Below the pieces are notes generated by a model that saw only the letters and a program-made list of their open reading frames with translations, was not told the origin of the DNA and did no database searches. Below, piece by piece: positions 1 to 9,786 of a stretch of DNA of 64,000 bases (its first letter is position 1; every line of letters begins with the position of its first letter). The DNA lies in NCBI GenBank assembly GCA_034430595.1, contig DAOUEL010000078.1, positions 141,160 to 205,159 on the forward strand. The letters are read 5' to 3'. Position numbers and translations under genes: made by a program. The stretch is from Anaerolineales bacterium (GTDB taxonomy: Bacteria > Chloroflexota > Anaerolineae > Anaerolineales > E44-bin32).

Positions 1-1
1 C

Positions 2-2206
2 GATCGCCGCAACACGGCTTTCAGCGGGACGGTCGTGGCTTATGGCCGTGGCAGCGGAGTGGTGGTGAGCACCGGCATGCGGACCCAGATCGGTATGATC
101 GCCGCTATGCTGCAGTCTGTCCATGAAGAACCCACGCCGCTCCAGCGAAAGCTGGACGACCTTGGTAAAACCCTGGGCTGGGCAGCTCTGATCGTATGCG
201 GCCTTGTGTTCGGGCTGGGCTGGCTGCGCGGCATCGAGCCGATTGAGATGTTCCTGACCGCCGTCAGCCTGGCCGTCGCGGCTGTGCCCGAAGGCCTGGC
301 GGCTGTTGTCACGATTACCTTGGCGATGGGCATGCGTGAGATGATCACCCGCCATGCCCTGATCCGGCGCCTGGCTTCCGTCGAAACGCTTGGCTCGACA
401 ACGGTTATTTGCTCGGACAAGACCGGCACATTGACACAGAACCAAATGACCGTCACCCGCATCTGGGTCGATGGTGTAGATTTTAGCGTTACCGGGGGCG
501 GATTCGAACCGGTGGGTGAATTCCAGGTCAAGGGCGAGCCGATCGATTTTGGCGACTATCCTGCCCTGACCTCTGCACTGTGGGTTGCGGCACTGGCGAA
601 CGACGCGGAAATTGAGACCTCCGACGACATTGGTGGGGGGCGCTCAACACGCGTGGTCGGCGACCCGACCGAAGCGGCCTTGTTGATTGCGGCCGGAAAG
701 GCAGGAGCATTCCGTCCCGAACTGGAACGTGCCTACCCGCGCATCGATGAAATCCCCTTCGATTCGGCTCGCAAACGGATGACGACCGTGCATAAGATCA
801 AAGCCCCAGAGCCAGGCGATGCGAGCCCGTTCTATAACAGCGATCTGCGTGAATGGGAGGTAGCGGCGATCAAAGGCGCGCCGGACGTGGTGCTCAATCT
901 GTGTACGAATTACCAGTCGATGAGCGACAAGAAAACCCCGCTTACGGAGAAAATGAGGGACCGGATTTTTGAAGTCAACGCTGGCATGGCACGTTCTGCG
1001 CTGCGCGTGCTGGCCGTTGCGTACCGCGTCGAGCGTGACGTTCCCGACGAGGCCACCCCCGAAAAGGTAGAGCACGATTTCATCTTCCTGGGCTTGATTG
1101 GCATGATTGATCCGCCGCGGCGCGAGGCTGGACCGGCGATTGAGCGTGCCCGCCGGGCAGGCATCCGCACGCTGATGATCACCGGGGACTACCCCGATAC
1201 AGCCGAGGAAATCGCGGAAGAGATCGGACTGCTGCGCAGTGGGCATGGGGTTTTAACCGGTAATGAGCTCAACAGCCTGAGCGATGAAGATCTGATCGAG
1301 GCGCTCGGTCACACGGATGTCTTTGCACGCGTCTCGCCAGAGCATAAGGTACGCATCGTTGACGCACTAAAACAACGAGGCGAGGTCGTGGCTATGACCG
1401 GCGACGGAGTCAATGACGCGCCAGCGCTGAAACGGGCCGATATCGGCATCGCAATGGGGGTGACCGGAACCGATGTGGCAAAGGAAACGGCCGATATGGT
1501 GCTCACTGACGACAATTACGCCAGCATCGTCGCTGCAGTCGAGCAGGGACGGGTGATCTATTCCAACATCCGCAAGTTCGTCTTCTACCTGCTGTCCTGC
1601 AACCTGGCCGAAATTGCCGTCATCTTTCTCGCCATCCTGGCCGGGCTGCCTTCGCCGCTGACGCCGATCCAGCTGCTGTGGTTGAACCTGATCACGGATG
1701 GCGCTCCGGCACTGGCGCTGGGGTTGGAAGCGGGCGATCCGGACACCATGGACCGTCCGCCGCGACCGCCGAGCGAGCCGGTGATCAATAAGCCGATGCG
1801 CCTGCGGATCGGCATTCAGACCGTGGCCATCACCGGGGTCACGCTGGCCGCCTACCTGCTCGGAATCCAGCTCTACCCGGGTATTCCAGAGGAGGCGAAG
1901 ACGATGGCATTTGTCACGCTGTCCTTCTCGGAATTGCTGCGGGCCTTCACTGCCCGCTCGGAGAATTACCCGCTCCTCAGGGTAGGTCTGTTCAGCAACC
2001 GCTGGATGGTTATGGCGGTGCTGACCTCGCTCGCCTTGCTGATCGGCGTCATCTACCTTCCGTTCCTGCAGCCGATCTTCAACACGGTCCCGCTGGGTTG
2101 GTTGGAATGGGAGATTGTGCTGCCGCTGCTGCTGGTGCCGGCCGTGGTTGCCGAACTGACCAAGTTCATCAGCACCCGCCGTCTGCAGCGTGTATCGGCG
2201 CAGTGA
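2..2206 (+). CDS. Cation-transporting P-type ATPase (type IIA, Ca2+/Mg2+-like), 5' part outside window
   Basis: DKTGTLT phosphorylation motif, PEGL, KGAPD, TGD, GDGVNDAPALK; frame is open from base 2 (DRRNTAFSGTVVAYGRG). Confidence 0.95.
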   Translation, partial: DRRNTAFSGTVVAYGRGSGVVVSTGMRTQIGMIAAMLQSVHEEPTPLQRKLDDLGKTLGWAALIVCGLVFGLGWLRGIEPIEMFLTAVSLAVAAVPEGLAAVVTITLAMGMREMITRHALIRRLASVETLGSTTVICSDKTGTLTQNQMTVTRIWVDGVDFSVTGGGFEPVGEFQVKGEPIDFGDYPALTSALWVAALANDAEIETSDDIGGGRSTRVVGDPTEAALLIAAGKAGAFRPELERAYPRIDEIPFDSARKRMTTVHKIKAPEPGDASPFYNSDLREWEVAAIKGAPDVVLNLCTNYQSMSDKKTPLTEKMRDRIFEVNAGMARSALRVLAVAYRVERDVPDEATPEKVEHDFIFLGLIGMIDPPRREAGPAIERARRAGIRTLMITGDYPDTAEEIAEEIGLLRSGHGVLTGNELNSLSDEDLIEALGHTDVFARVSPEHKVRIVDALKQRGEVVAMTGDGVNDAPALKRADIGIAMGVTGTDVAKETADMVLTDDNYASIVAAVEQGRVIYSNIRKFVFYLLSCNLAEIAVIFLAILAGLPSPLTPIQLLWLNLITDGAPALALGLEAGDPDTMDRPPRPPSEPVINKPMRLRIGIQTVAITGVTLAAYLLGIQLYPGIPEEAKTMAFVTLSFSELLRAFTARSENYPLLRVGLFSNRWMVMAVLTSLALLIGVIYLPFLQPIFNTVPLGWLEWEIVLPLLLVPAVVAELTKFISTRRLQRVSAQ

Positions 2207-2242
2207 CGTCCGGGCTGGAATTCGCCTCAAGCAATTACAAGA

Positions 2243-3073
2243 TCAGGCGCCAGACTCTTGAACCAAAGCGCCGTAGAGTTCAGGCCGGCGATCACCAAAA
2301 AGATCAAGTTCGTATTCGCCGGGGATGAAAATGCGGCGCTTCTCGTCGCTCTCGTCCGCGGCGATATCGCAGATGAGCACTTCCGCACGGTCTTCGCTGC
2401 CCTCCGCCAGGACTGACCCGGAGGGGTTGATGATCAGGCTCCGCCCGAGGTAAGTCCCTGCGCCCTCCCGGCCGATGCGGTTTGCCGCCGCCAGGTAAAC
2501 GCCGTTTTCGGCAGCACGGGCCCGGGCCAGGAATTCGGGGTAAAGATGGGCGCTCGCGGGCCAGGCAGTTGAAACCAGGATGATCTGGGCCCCGAGAAGA
2601 GCCAGCACGCGAGCCGGCTCCGGAAAGCGCAGATCGTAGCAAATCAACGATCCGAGCCGGCCGAGATCGGTTTCCAGCACTGGGCCGATCTGCTCGCCCG
2701 GCGTGAGATAGCGATCGACACCGAGGTAAGGTAAATGCGTCTTGCGGTAGCTTCCAACCAGACCCCCGGGCGATACAAGCACGCAGCTGTTGTAGATTGC
2801 CCCGTCCCGTCCCTGCTCGAGCAAGCCAATCTGGAAGAACAGCCCGTGCTTCTGGGCCAGATCGACCAGAGCCGAGCTCTGCGGCCCGGGCAGCGGGTGT
2901 GCGAGGTGGGAAGCCTCATCCAGAGTGAGTTCGTAGCCGCTGAGGGCGCATTCGGGGAAAACTGCCAGCCGGACTCCCTGCGCCGCGAGTTCGCCCAGCA
3001 AGCGGTCGACCTGCGCCAGATTCGCACCCTGGTCCTTCCAGACTGGTTCCATCTGTACCGTTGCGATGCGCAT
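2243..3073 (-). CDS. Carbon-nitrogen hydrolase (nitrilase superfamily amidase)
   Basis: E-K-C triad motifs VFPECAL, YRKTHL, LICYDLRFPE; start placed at MRIATVQ (ATG 3073). Confidence 0.92.
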   Translation of the reverse strand: MRIATVQMEPVWKDQGANLAQVDRLLGELAAQGVRLAVFPECALSGYELTLDEASHLAHPLPGPQSSALVDLAQKHGLFFQIGLLEQGRDGAIYNSCVLVSPGGLVGSYRKTHLPYLGVDRYLTPGEQIGPVLETDLGRLGSLICYDLRFPEPARVLALLGAQIILVSTAWPASAHLYPEFLARARAAENGVYLAAANRIGREGAGTYLGRSLIINPSGSVLAEGSEDRAEVLICDIAADESDEKRRIFIPGEYELDLFGDRRPELYGALVQESGA

Positions 3074-3177
3074 CGTCAACCTGCACTTTCCATGAGCACG
3101 ATTGCTTGTTGGCTTGAATTCACGGTAGAGTATACAGGACCTCCGGGCAGTATTCGCACATCTTCTGGGAGACCGGA

Positions 3178-4467
3178 ATGAGCTTCTTGGACGCCTTTGA
3201 ACCATGGTGGCGGTTTGCGGCTGCCGTACTGATCGGCGCCCTGATCGGGATGGAACGAGAATTCGTTCAACAGCGCAGCGGAGAGCAGGAATTCGGCGGC
3301 ATCCGCACCTTTGCCCTGATGGCGCTATTAGGGGCTGTTGCGGCCTACTTCACCCACCGCTTCGGGCTGCTGCTTTTCATGGGCGCTTACCTCGGATTGA
3401 TTCTGCTGCTCTGGGCGAGCTACCTCGCCCCATCGATGCGCGGCGAAGAAGAAGGTATCACGACCGAAATTGCAGCCTTGATGACACCGCTGCTCGGAGC
3501 GATGGTCATCTGGGATGCGCCGGAGCTGGCGGCCGCACTTGGCGTGCTCACGGCACTGATCCTGGCGCTGAAACCCGGCCTTCACAACCTGGCCCGCAGT
3601 ATGAGTGCAGAGGATCTGCGCGCCACGCTTGAGTTTGCCATCATCACGGCTGTCATCCTGCCGCTGCTGCCGAATGAGGGTTATGGCCCCTTCAATCTAC
3701 TCAACCCGTCTTTGATCTGGCTGCTAGTGGTCTTCGTCTCGGGCATCGGCTTCATCGGCTATGTCCTGATGAAGGTCTTCGGCACGGCACGGGGCATCAG
3801 CCTGACCGGACTGCTCGGTGGCCTGGTAAGCAGCACGGCCACGACGCTCAGCTTCGCTGGGCGAAGCAAGACCAGTCAGGGTTTATCGAACGCCTTGGCA
3901 CAGGGCATTCTGCTTGCCTCAAGCGTGATGTTCCCGCGAGTTTTGGTTGAAGTGACAGTTGTCAATCGCGAATTGTTGCCGTTAATCATCGTCCCCCTGG
4001 GGGCGATGCTGTTGGTCGGTGCGCTGCTCGTCGGGCTGTACTGGCTGCGCCACCGTTCCCAAGATGAAGAGAAGCACTCTTCAACAGTAAAGTTAGGCAA
4101 CCCGCTGCGGCTCCAAACCGCGATCGGGTTTGGATTGCTCTTCGCGTTGGTACTCATCGCTGTCCGGGCGGCAAACGAATACCTGGGAACGGCCGGGGTC
4201 TACGCCGCCAGCATTCTCGCCGGCATCACCGACGTGGATTCGATCACGCTCAGCGTCGCTGACCTCTCAGCGAACGGATCGCTGGAGCCACGGGTTGCGG
4301 CCTTTTCAATTGTGCTGGCGACGCTGGTTAATACGACAGTGAAGATGATCGCCGCAGGCGCCCTGGGTTCGTCTGAACTCAGGCGCATCATCTGGCGCAC
4401 GTTTGGGCTAATGCTGCTAACCGGGGTCGTTGTGAGTGCGCTGACTTTCCTCGTCTTTGCTCCCTGA
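3178..4467 (+). CDS. MgtC/SapB-family membrane protein with DUF4010-like C-terminus
   Basis: N-terminal LIGALIGMERE...GGIRTF motif, GGLVSSTATT, ITDVDSITLS; multiple TM segments. Confidence 0.85.
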   Translation: MSFLDAFEPWWRFAAAVLIGALIGMEREFVQQRSGEQEFGGIRTFALMALLGAVAAYFTHRFGLLLFMGAYLGLILLLWASYLAPSMRGEEEGITTEIAALMTPLLGAMVIWDAPELAAALGVLTALILALKPGLHNLARSMSAEDLRATLEFAIITAVILPLLPNEGYGPFNLLNPSLIWLLVVFVSGIGFIGYVLMKVFGTARGISLTGLLGGLVSSTATTLSFAGRSKTSQGLSNALAQGILLASSVMFPRVLVEVTVVNRELLPLIIVPLGAMLLVGALLVGLYWLRHRSQDEEKHSSTVKLGNPLRLQTAIGFGLLFALVLIAVRAANEYLGTAGVYAASILAGITDVDSITLSVADLSANGSLEPRVAAFSIVLATLVNTTVKMIAAGALGSSELRRIIWRTFGLMLLTGVVVSALTFLVFAP

Positions 4468-4483
4468 CCCTCCTTCCGAAGGC

Positions 4484-5638
4484 TCAGCCGGCAATTCGTT
4501 CGAGGATGGTCGCAGTCGCCATACCGTGCCCGATGCACATCGTCTGCAGACCCCAGCGGGCTTGTCGGTTGGAGAGCTCGTGGACAAGCTTTGTCATCAG
4601 GACCGCACCCGTTGCGCCCAGCGGGTGTCCATGTGCAATCGCTCCGCCATCTGGGTTGACGCGCTCCAGGTCGGCGCCAAATTCCTTCGCCCAGGCGAGG
4701 ACGACGCTGGCGAAAGCCTCGTTGATCTCGACTACATCGATTCCGTCCAGCGTAAGCCCGGCCCGTTCCAGCACCGCCCTTGTCGCAGGGATGGGGCCGT
4801 CGAGCATCAGCACCGGGTCCGATCCGACCACCTTTCGGGCTACGATGCGGGCCATCGGTGTTAATTGAAATCGTTCCAGCGCCTGATCCGAGGCCAGCAG
4901 AAGCGCAGCCGCGCCGTCGCTGACCTGGCTGCTGTTGCCGGCCGTGATGACCCCGTCCTCCTTAAAAACCGGTTTCAGGGCAGCCATCTTCTCCCGGTCA
5001 GGTTGTAAGCGAACACCCTGGTCGTGCTCAACCAGCGTTCCCATACCATCCTTCATGACGTGAACGGGGGCAATCTGGGCTGCACTGCGGCCTGCGCTCA
5101 TCGCCTGAGCCGCTCGGCGATGGCTTTCGAAGGCGTAATCATCAAGCTCTTCTCGCGTTAAATTCCAGCGTTCGGCCATCATCTCCGCGCTCGTGCCCTG
5201 GTGAACCAGTGCGTAAGGGAAGTTTTCGGGCCAGCTTTCGGGATAATCGGCGCCCAGTGGTTGGTGCGACATCATCTCGATCCCGCCAGCGAGCACGAGG
5301 TCCATGTCACCGGCCAGGATGGCTTGGTTCGCAAAGTGGACGGCCTGCTGGCCGGACCCGCACATGCGGTTTAACTGCACGCCCGGTACCTGGTATGGAA
5401 AGCCCGCCTGCAGCAAAGACAGACGTGCGATGTTCGCTCCCTGGTCTCGGATTGGTGTAACGCAACCCAAGATCACGTCCTCAACGTGGCCGGCCTCGAC
5501 CCCGGCCCGATCGAGGGCCGCATTCAGGACGTGCGCGGCGAGATCTACCGGCGCAACCGGGGCCAGTGCGCCTTTGTCGGCTTTCCCGATCCCGATTGGT
5601 GAACGGACAGCGGCTACGATGTATGCATTTCGCGTCAT
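4484..5638 (-). CDS. Acetyl-CoA C-acyltransferase (thiolase)
   Basis: NRMCGSG catalytic Cys, NEAFA, GHPLGATG, CIGHG. Confidence 0.95.
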   Translation of the reverse strand: MTRNAYIVAAVRSPIGIGKADKGALAPVAPVDLAAHVLNAALDRAGVEAGHVEDVILGCVTPIRDQGANIARLSLLQAGFPYQVPGVQLNRMCGSGQQAVHFANQAILAGDMDLVLAGGIEMMSHQPLGADYPESWPENFPYALVHQGTSAEMMAERWNLTREELDDYAFESHRRAAQAMSAGRSAAQIAPVHVMKDGMGTLVEHDQGVRLQPDREKMAALKPVFKEDGVITAGNSSQVSDGAAALLLASDQALERFQLTPMARIVARKVVGSDPVLMLDGPIPATRAVLERAGLTLDGIDVVEINEAFASVVLAWAKEFGADLERVNPDGGAIAHGHPLGATGAVLMTKLVHELSNRQARWGLQTMCIGHGMATATILERIAG

Positions 5639-5787
5639 TTCCGGCCTTTCTGGAAAAGCACGCCCGTGGGCTCGATTACTAAGTGGAATTCCATTTGAGC
5701 ATAGGTCCCGCCACGTGGCGAGTCAAGAGCTAGTGACGGGCCATGATTGATTTTCGGGTGCGAGTACAATAGGTCGAGGTTTGGTCC

Positions 5788-6507
5788 ATGACAGAGATGA
5801 AGAGCCAGTTCCCCTCCCCGGGAAAAACTTTCCTGCTGGTCATGCTTACCCTGACCATTCTGATCGGGCCTGTTGCGTGCAAACCAGAAGTTTCGCCAAC
5901 AACCGTCAATATCGTCAACATGACTGATCTCCTGCGCATTCTGCGTGCGGCCGGAGCGGTTGTAGAGCCTTCACAAGAAGAACCGATTATCCCATCCCTG
6001 CCAGGCGAGATGCTGCAGGTGGATGGAGAGACAATTCAGGTGGGAGATCTTCAGGGGGATTTACCTAGAGCCCGCGCGCAGCTAGCAGGATCCGGGCCCG
6101 ACACGGAGGGCACGGCCCGGCCACTGACTTGGATGGGATCAGGCTGGTATGCGGTGTACGATGGGCGGGACGGCGGTTTGATTCTCCTGCTGAGCGGGTT
6201 GCTCGGCGATCCCATCCGTTCGACGCCGATTTCGGTCGAAGAACCTTTTCCCCCGGCCGTGCCAGGCGCAATGCGCGCCCTGGCCAAAGCGCTGGGTCGT
6301 GAACCCCAGGAAATTGTCGTCCTTGGATACCAGACCGTAATCTGGCCTGATGCATGCCTGGGTATTCCGAAGCCCGGCGAGATCTGTGCTCAGGCGGAAA
6401 CTCCAGGCTGGCTGATTCAAGTCTCATTGGATGAAAAGGTATATGCTCTCCACAGCGACGAGACGGGAGGGGTTGTTGCCTGGAACGAACCCCAACCCGA
6501 TCCTTAG
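5788..6507 (+). CDS. Hypothetical exported or lipoprotein
   Basis: Signal-like N-terminus ending PVAC; C-terminal WPDACLG...C...TPGW motif typical of uncharacterised Chloroflexi/Cyanobacteria surface proteins. Confidence 0.7.
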   Translation: MTEMKSQFPSPGKTFLLVMLTLTILIGPVACKPEVSPTTVNIVNMTDLLRILRAAGAVVEPSQEEPIIPSLPGEMLQVDGETIQVGDLQGDLPRARAQLAGSGPDTEGTARPLTWMGSGWYAVYDGRDGGLILLLSGLLGDPIRSTPISVEEPFPPAVPGAMRALAKALGREPQEIVVLGYQTVIWPDACLGIPKPGEICAQAETPGWLIQVSLDEKVYALHSDETGGVVAWNEPQPDP

Positions 6508-6533
6508 CATGGGCAGCATGGAGGAAGAGCGGC

Positions 6534-7823
6534 ATGAGCGAGCAATCAGCACAGAGCACTGAAGGGCATCACCTCAAGGACCTGCCGCGCAACGTCTGGG
6601 TGGTCACCCTCACCAGCTTTCTGACCGACGTCTCGTCCGAAATGCTCTTCAATTTGCTGCCGATTTTTCTTTACAGCGTCCTGGGAGTCAAAACCGCCTT
6701 TATCGGGTTGATCGAAGGCTTGGCGGAAGCGGTGGCAAGCTTGTTGAAGCTGGCCTCGGGCTGGTTGTCGGACAAACTGGGGATGCGCAAGCCGATTGCC
6801 GTTGCCGGCTACGCGCTCTCGACCCTGGCGAAACCCTTCCTCTACCTTACGACGAGTTGGACTGGAGTGCTGGCGGTCCGCTTTAGTGATCGGCTCGGGA
6901 AGGGCTTACGCACCGCTCCACGTGATGCGCTGGTCGCCGATACCGTGCGCGCGGAAGAACGCGGGCTCGCCTTTGGACTGCACCGCGCTGGGGATACCGC
7001 TGGGGCGGTGATTGGACTGGCAGTGGCGCTGATCGTCGTGCTCCTGACGCAGCGTGGAGATCCCGATCTCGAGCGGAGTACCTTTCAGAGCGTGGTGCTG
7101 ATCAGCATCCTGCCGAGTGTTGTCGCCGTGCTGATCCTGGCATTCGGCGCACATGATGTTCCAGTAAAAAAGGCTGAGAGTCCGGTGGTGGGAGACGCGG
7201 CAGCGCCGATCGGAGAATCGGTGCCAGCGAAGGCCTCACTCTGGCGGGTACCAGGTTTCCGCCGCTTCATCGTGCTGTTGGTGATCTTTACGCTAGGCAA
7301 CTCCTCGGATGCGTTCCTTATCTTACGCGCCCGCACAACCGGTCTGTCGGTCGCAGGTGTGCTGGGAATGATGATCACCTTCAACCTGGTCTATTCAGTG
7401 CTCTCTACGCCAGCCGGGTCGCTCTCAGATCGCGTTGGCCGCCGGAGCCTGCTGATCGCAGGTTGGGGCGTGTATGCGCTGGTGTACCTCGGCTTCGCCG
7501 CGGCGAAGAACAGCTGGCAGGCCTGGGCGTTGATGGGTGTCTACGGAATCTACTATGGCCTGTCCGAGGGTGCGGTGCGGGCGTTTGTGGCCGATCTTGT
7601 GCCGGCAGCGAACCGTGGAACGGCGTACGGCACGCTGTACACGGCCATAGGCTTCAGTGTGCTGCCGGCGAGTTTGATCGCCGGCCTGCTCTGGCAGGGG
7701 GCTGGAAACTGGAATGGGCTGGGCCCCAGCGCGCCGTTCTATTTCGGCGCGCTGATGGCGGTTATCGCAGCGGTAGGATTGTACGCGTTCGTCCCGGACC
7801 GAGCCGGGCAGCCTGTTACCTGA
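6534..7823 (+). CDS. MFS transporter
   Basis: About 12 hydrophobic segments, GWLSDKLG and GSLSDRVGRR MFS loops, RTAPRDAL. Confidence 0.92.
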   Translation: MSEQSAQSTEGHHLKDLPRNVWVVTLTSFLTDVSSEMLFNLLPIFLYSVLGVKTAFIGLIEGLAEAVASLLKLASGWLSDKLGMRKPIAVAGYALSTLAKPFLYLTTSWTGVLAVRFSDRLGKGLRTAPRDALVADTVRAEERGLAFGLHRAGDTAGAVIGLAVALIVVLLTQRGDPDLERSTFQSVVLISILPSVVAVLILAFGAHDVPVKKAESPVVGDAAAPIGESVPAKASLWRVPGFRRFIVLLVIFTLGNSSDAFLILRARTTGLSVAGVLGMMITFNLVYSVLSTPAGSLSDRVGRRSLLIAGWGVYALVYLGFAAAKNSWQAWALMGVYGIYYGLSEGAVRAFVADLVPAANRGTAYGTLYTAIGFSVLPASLIAGLLWQGAGNWNGLGPSAPFYFGALMAVIAAVGLYAFVPDRAGQPVT

Positions 7824-7833
7824 GAGGTTTTGC

Positions 7834-8955
7834 ATGGCGCTCGACCCTCTGCTTGGAAGAATCCACAAACCGGTCCGGCGGCGCGGGGCGGAGACCTATG
7901 TTCTGGTCACTCTGCTCAGTTTTGCCGCATCGGTTGGGGCCACACGGCTGTTCCTGGAGCTGACCGGGTACCCCCAGCTCGGCACAGGTCAGACGCATAT
8001 CGCGCACGTGCTTTGGGGTGGTCTGCTGCTCTTCAGCGCAGCCTTGATCGTGCTGATCCTTGCCAATCGTTGGGCTTTCATGCTGTCGGCGGTGCTGGCT
8101 GGCGCTGGTGTCGGTTTGTTCATCGATGAGGTCGGGAAGTTCATCACCCAGAATAACAACTACTTTCATCCGATCGCGGCTCCGATCATCTATGCATTCT
8201 TCCTGATCACGGTGTTTATTTACCTGCGGGTCCGCACTCGACCGAAGTTTGATCCGCGCGAGGAGCTTTACCTGGTCCTGAGTGAGTTGAGCGAGGTGCT
8301 TGATCATGACCTGGAGCCCGGTGAGCGGGCCGAGCTGGAAGCCCGGTTGGAGCTGATTGCTGAAAATGCCTCCTCGCCGAATTACGCCAAATTAGCCGAA
8401 AGCCTGCTAGCATTCTTGAATTCAACGGATCTCGAAATAACCCCGGAGAGGACTGGGATGCTGGAGCGCAACTTGGCTGGTCTTCAGCGCTGGGAAGAGC
8501 GCTGGCTCCCGCTCCGACGGTTGCGGGCGGCGTTGATCGGGGGCTTGATCGCGCTTGGGTTCCTGGCGCTCTCGGGCTTCCTTGAGCTGCTTCTGGCGAT
8601 GGGAGATCCCCTTCGATTAGAGCGCTTGGTTGCGAACCTGGTCGAACTAGGCCGGGTTTCTAGCACGACCGGTGTGTTCTGGTTCGCGGCACGCGTGACG
8701 CTCGAAGGCTTGGTCGGGTTCCTGCTATTTGCGTCTGGCATCATGCTGCTGTTCGGCCGCGAGCGGGCCGGGATCAACCTAGCCGTGATTGCGCTGCTGT
8801 TGTCGCTGGCGGGAGTCGACGTGCTGGTGTTCTACTTCGAACAATTTTCGACGATGTTGACGGCTGCAGTCCAGTTCACCCTGTTGCTGGGGCTGCTACG
8901 CTACCGCCAGCGTGCAGAGCGTATTCCCGCGCGCAGCCGGGCGGCCTCTACCTGA
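7834..8955 (+). CDS. Hypothetical integral membrane protein
   Basis: Long ORF, 7-8 TM segments, HIAHVLWGG and GLFIDEVGKFI motifs; function not recognised. Confidence 0.8.
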   Translation: MALDPLLGRIHKPVRRRGAETYVLVTLLSFAASVGATRLFLELTGYPQLGTGQTHIAHVLWGGLLLFSAALIVLILANRWAFMLSAVLAGAGVGLFIDEVGKFITQNNNYFHPIAAPIIYAFFLITVFIYLRVRTRPKFDPREELYLVLSELSEVLDHDLEPGERAELEARLELIAENASSPNYAKLAESLLAFLNSTDLEITPERTGMLERNLAGLQRWEERWLPLRRLRAALIGGLIALGFLALSGFLELLLAMGDPLRLERLVANLVELGRVSSTTGVFWFAARVTLEGLVGFLLFASGIMLLFGRERAGINLAVIALLLSLAGVDVLVFYFEQFSTMLTAAVQFTLLLGLLRYRQRAERIPARSRAAST

Positions 8956-9000
8956 TAAGACGAACACCTACACCCAGGACGGATCACTCCTGGCTATGTT

Positions 9001-9519
9001 TTAGTCGTGATCCTCGAAGACCTTTTCGCCAGCCTGTACCGCCACTTTGATCCGGTTTTCAGCCGGCGTGATCGGGCAGGACCAGTTAGCGTTGTACGCG
9101 CAATAGGGGTTGTAGGCCAGGTTGAAATCGACGTACAGGCGTCCACCCCCGGCTGGTTCGGGCTCGAGGTAGCGGCCTGCACCGTAGGTCTCCTTTCCGG
9201 CTTGGGCATCCGCAAAGGGCAGGAAGAATCCGTTTTCATTACGATAGACCGTAAGCTGCGCCGCCTGGCCGTTGACCTCGAACTCAAAGCGGCCGTATCG
9301 TTCGTACGTCTGGACGTCACCGGTATTGGTCTGAATCTGAACCTGTTCATCCTGGGAGAAGCGTTCGACCTCCACTTCCATTCGCAAATCGGGATTTTCA
9401 TCGAAGTAGCGCAGTCCGGTGAAGGCGGCTCGCTGCTCGGGAGAGAGCGGGCTTTGCGGACTTTGTTTAAAGAAGTCATCCTTTTGATGCCGGAATTCTT
9501 CCAAATCGGTCATTCTCAA
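9001..9519 (-). CDS. DUF1684-family protein
   Basis: FxDxxxGxETYGAGRYL and DFNLAYNPYCAYNxxWSCP motifs. Confidence 0.9.
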   Translation of the reverse strand: MRMTDLEEFRHQKDDFFKQSPQSPLSPEQRAAFTGLRYFDENPDLRMEVEVERFSQDEQVQIQTNTGDVQTYERYGRFEFEVNGQAAQLTVYRNENGFFLPFADAQAGKETYGAGRYLEPEPAGGGRLYVDFNLAYNPYCAYNANWSCPITPAENRIKVAVQAGEKVFEDHD

Positions 9520-9786
9520 CCTCCAGTGCGAGTCTTATGGTCAAACGATGATCGGTCTGATCTCACCAGGTTAATCACAACACCCGTTTAGTTTACAGCC
9601 AGCCAGGCGGGAAGCTGCAGTTCCTTTTTCCTGACGCCCCCTCCAGCACAGTTCTTACAGAAAAGACGCCATCGGCTGGCTGCAGGTTCGTGAGCTGATC
9701 TTCCTCCTACCCAATGTTAACGCTCCTCTAGCGCGCTTGACCTATGATGAAAGTTATAAACCCATGAAGGAATGAGGTGACGATTT

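Noticed and set aside
9729-9755. CTAGCGCGC half-site resembling CIRCE upstream of dnaK
   Set aside because: The second half-site does not match GAGTGCTAA at 9-bp spacing, and there is no HAIR match either.
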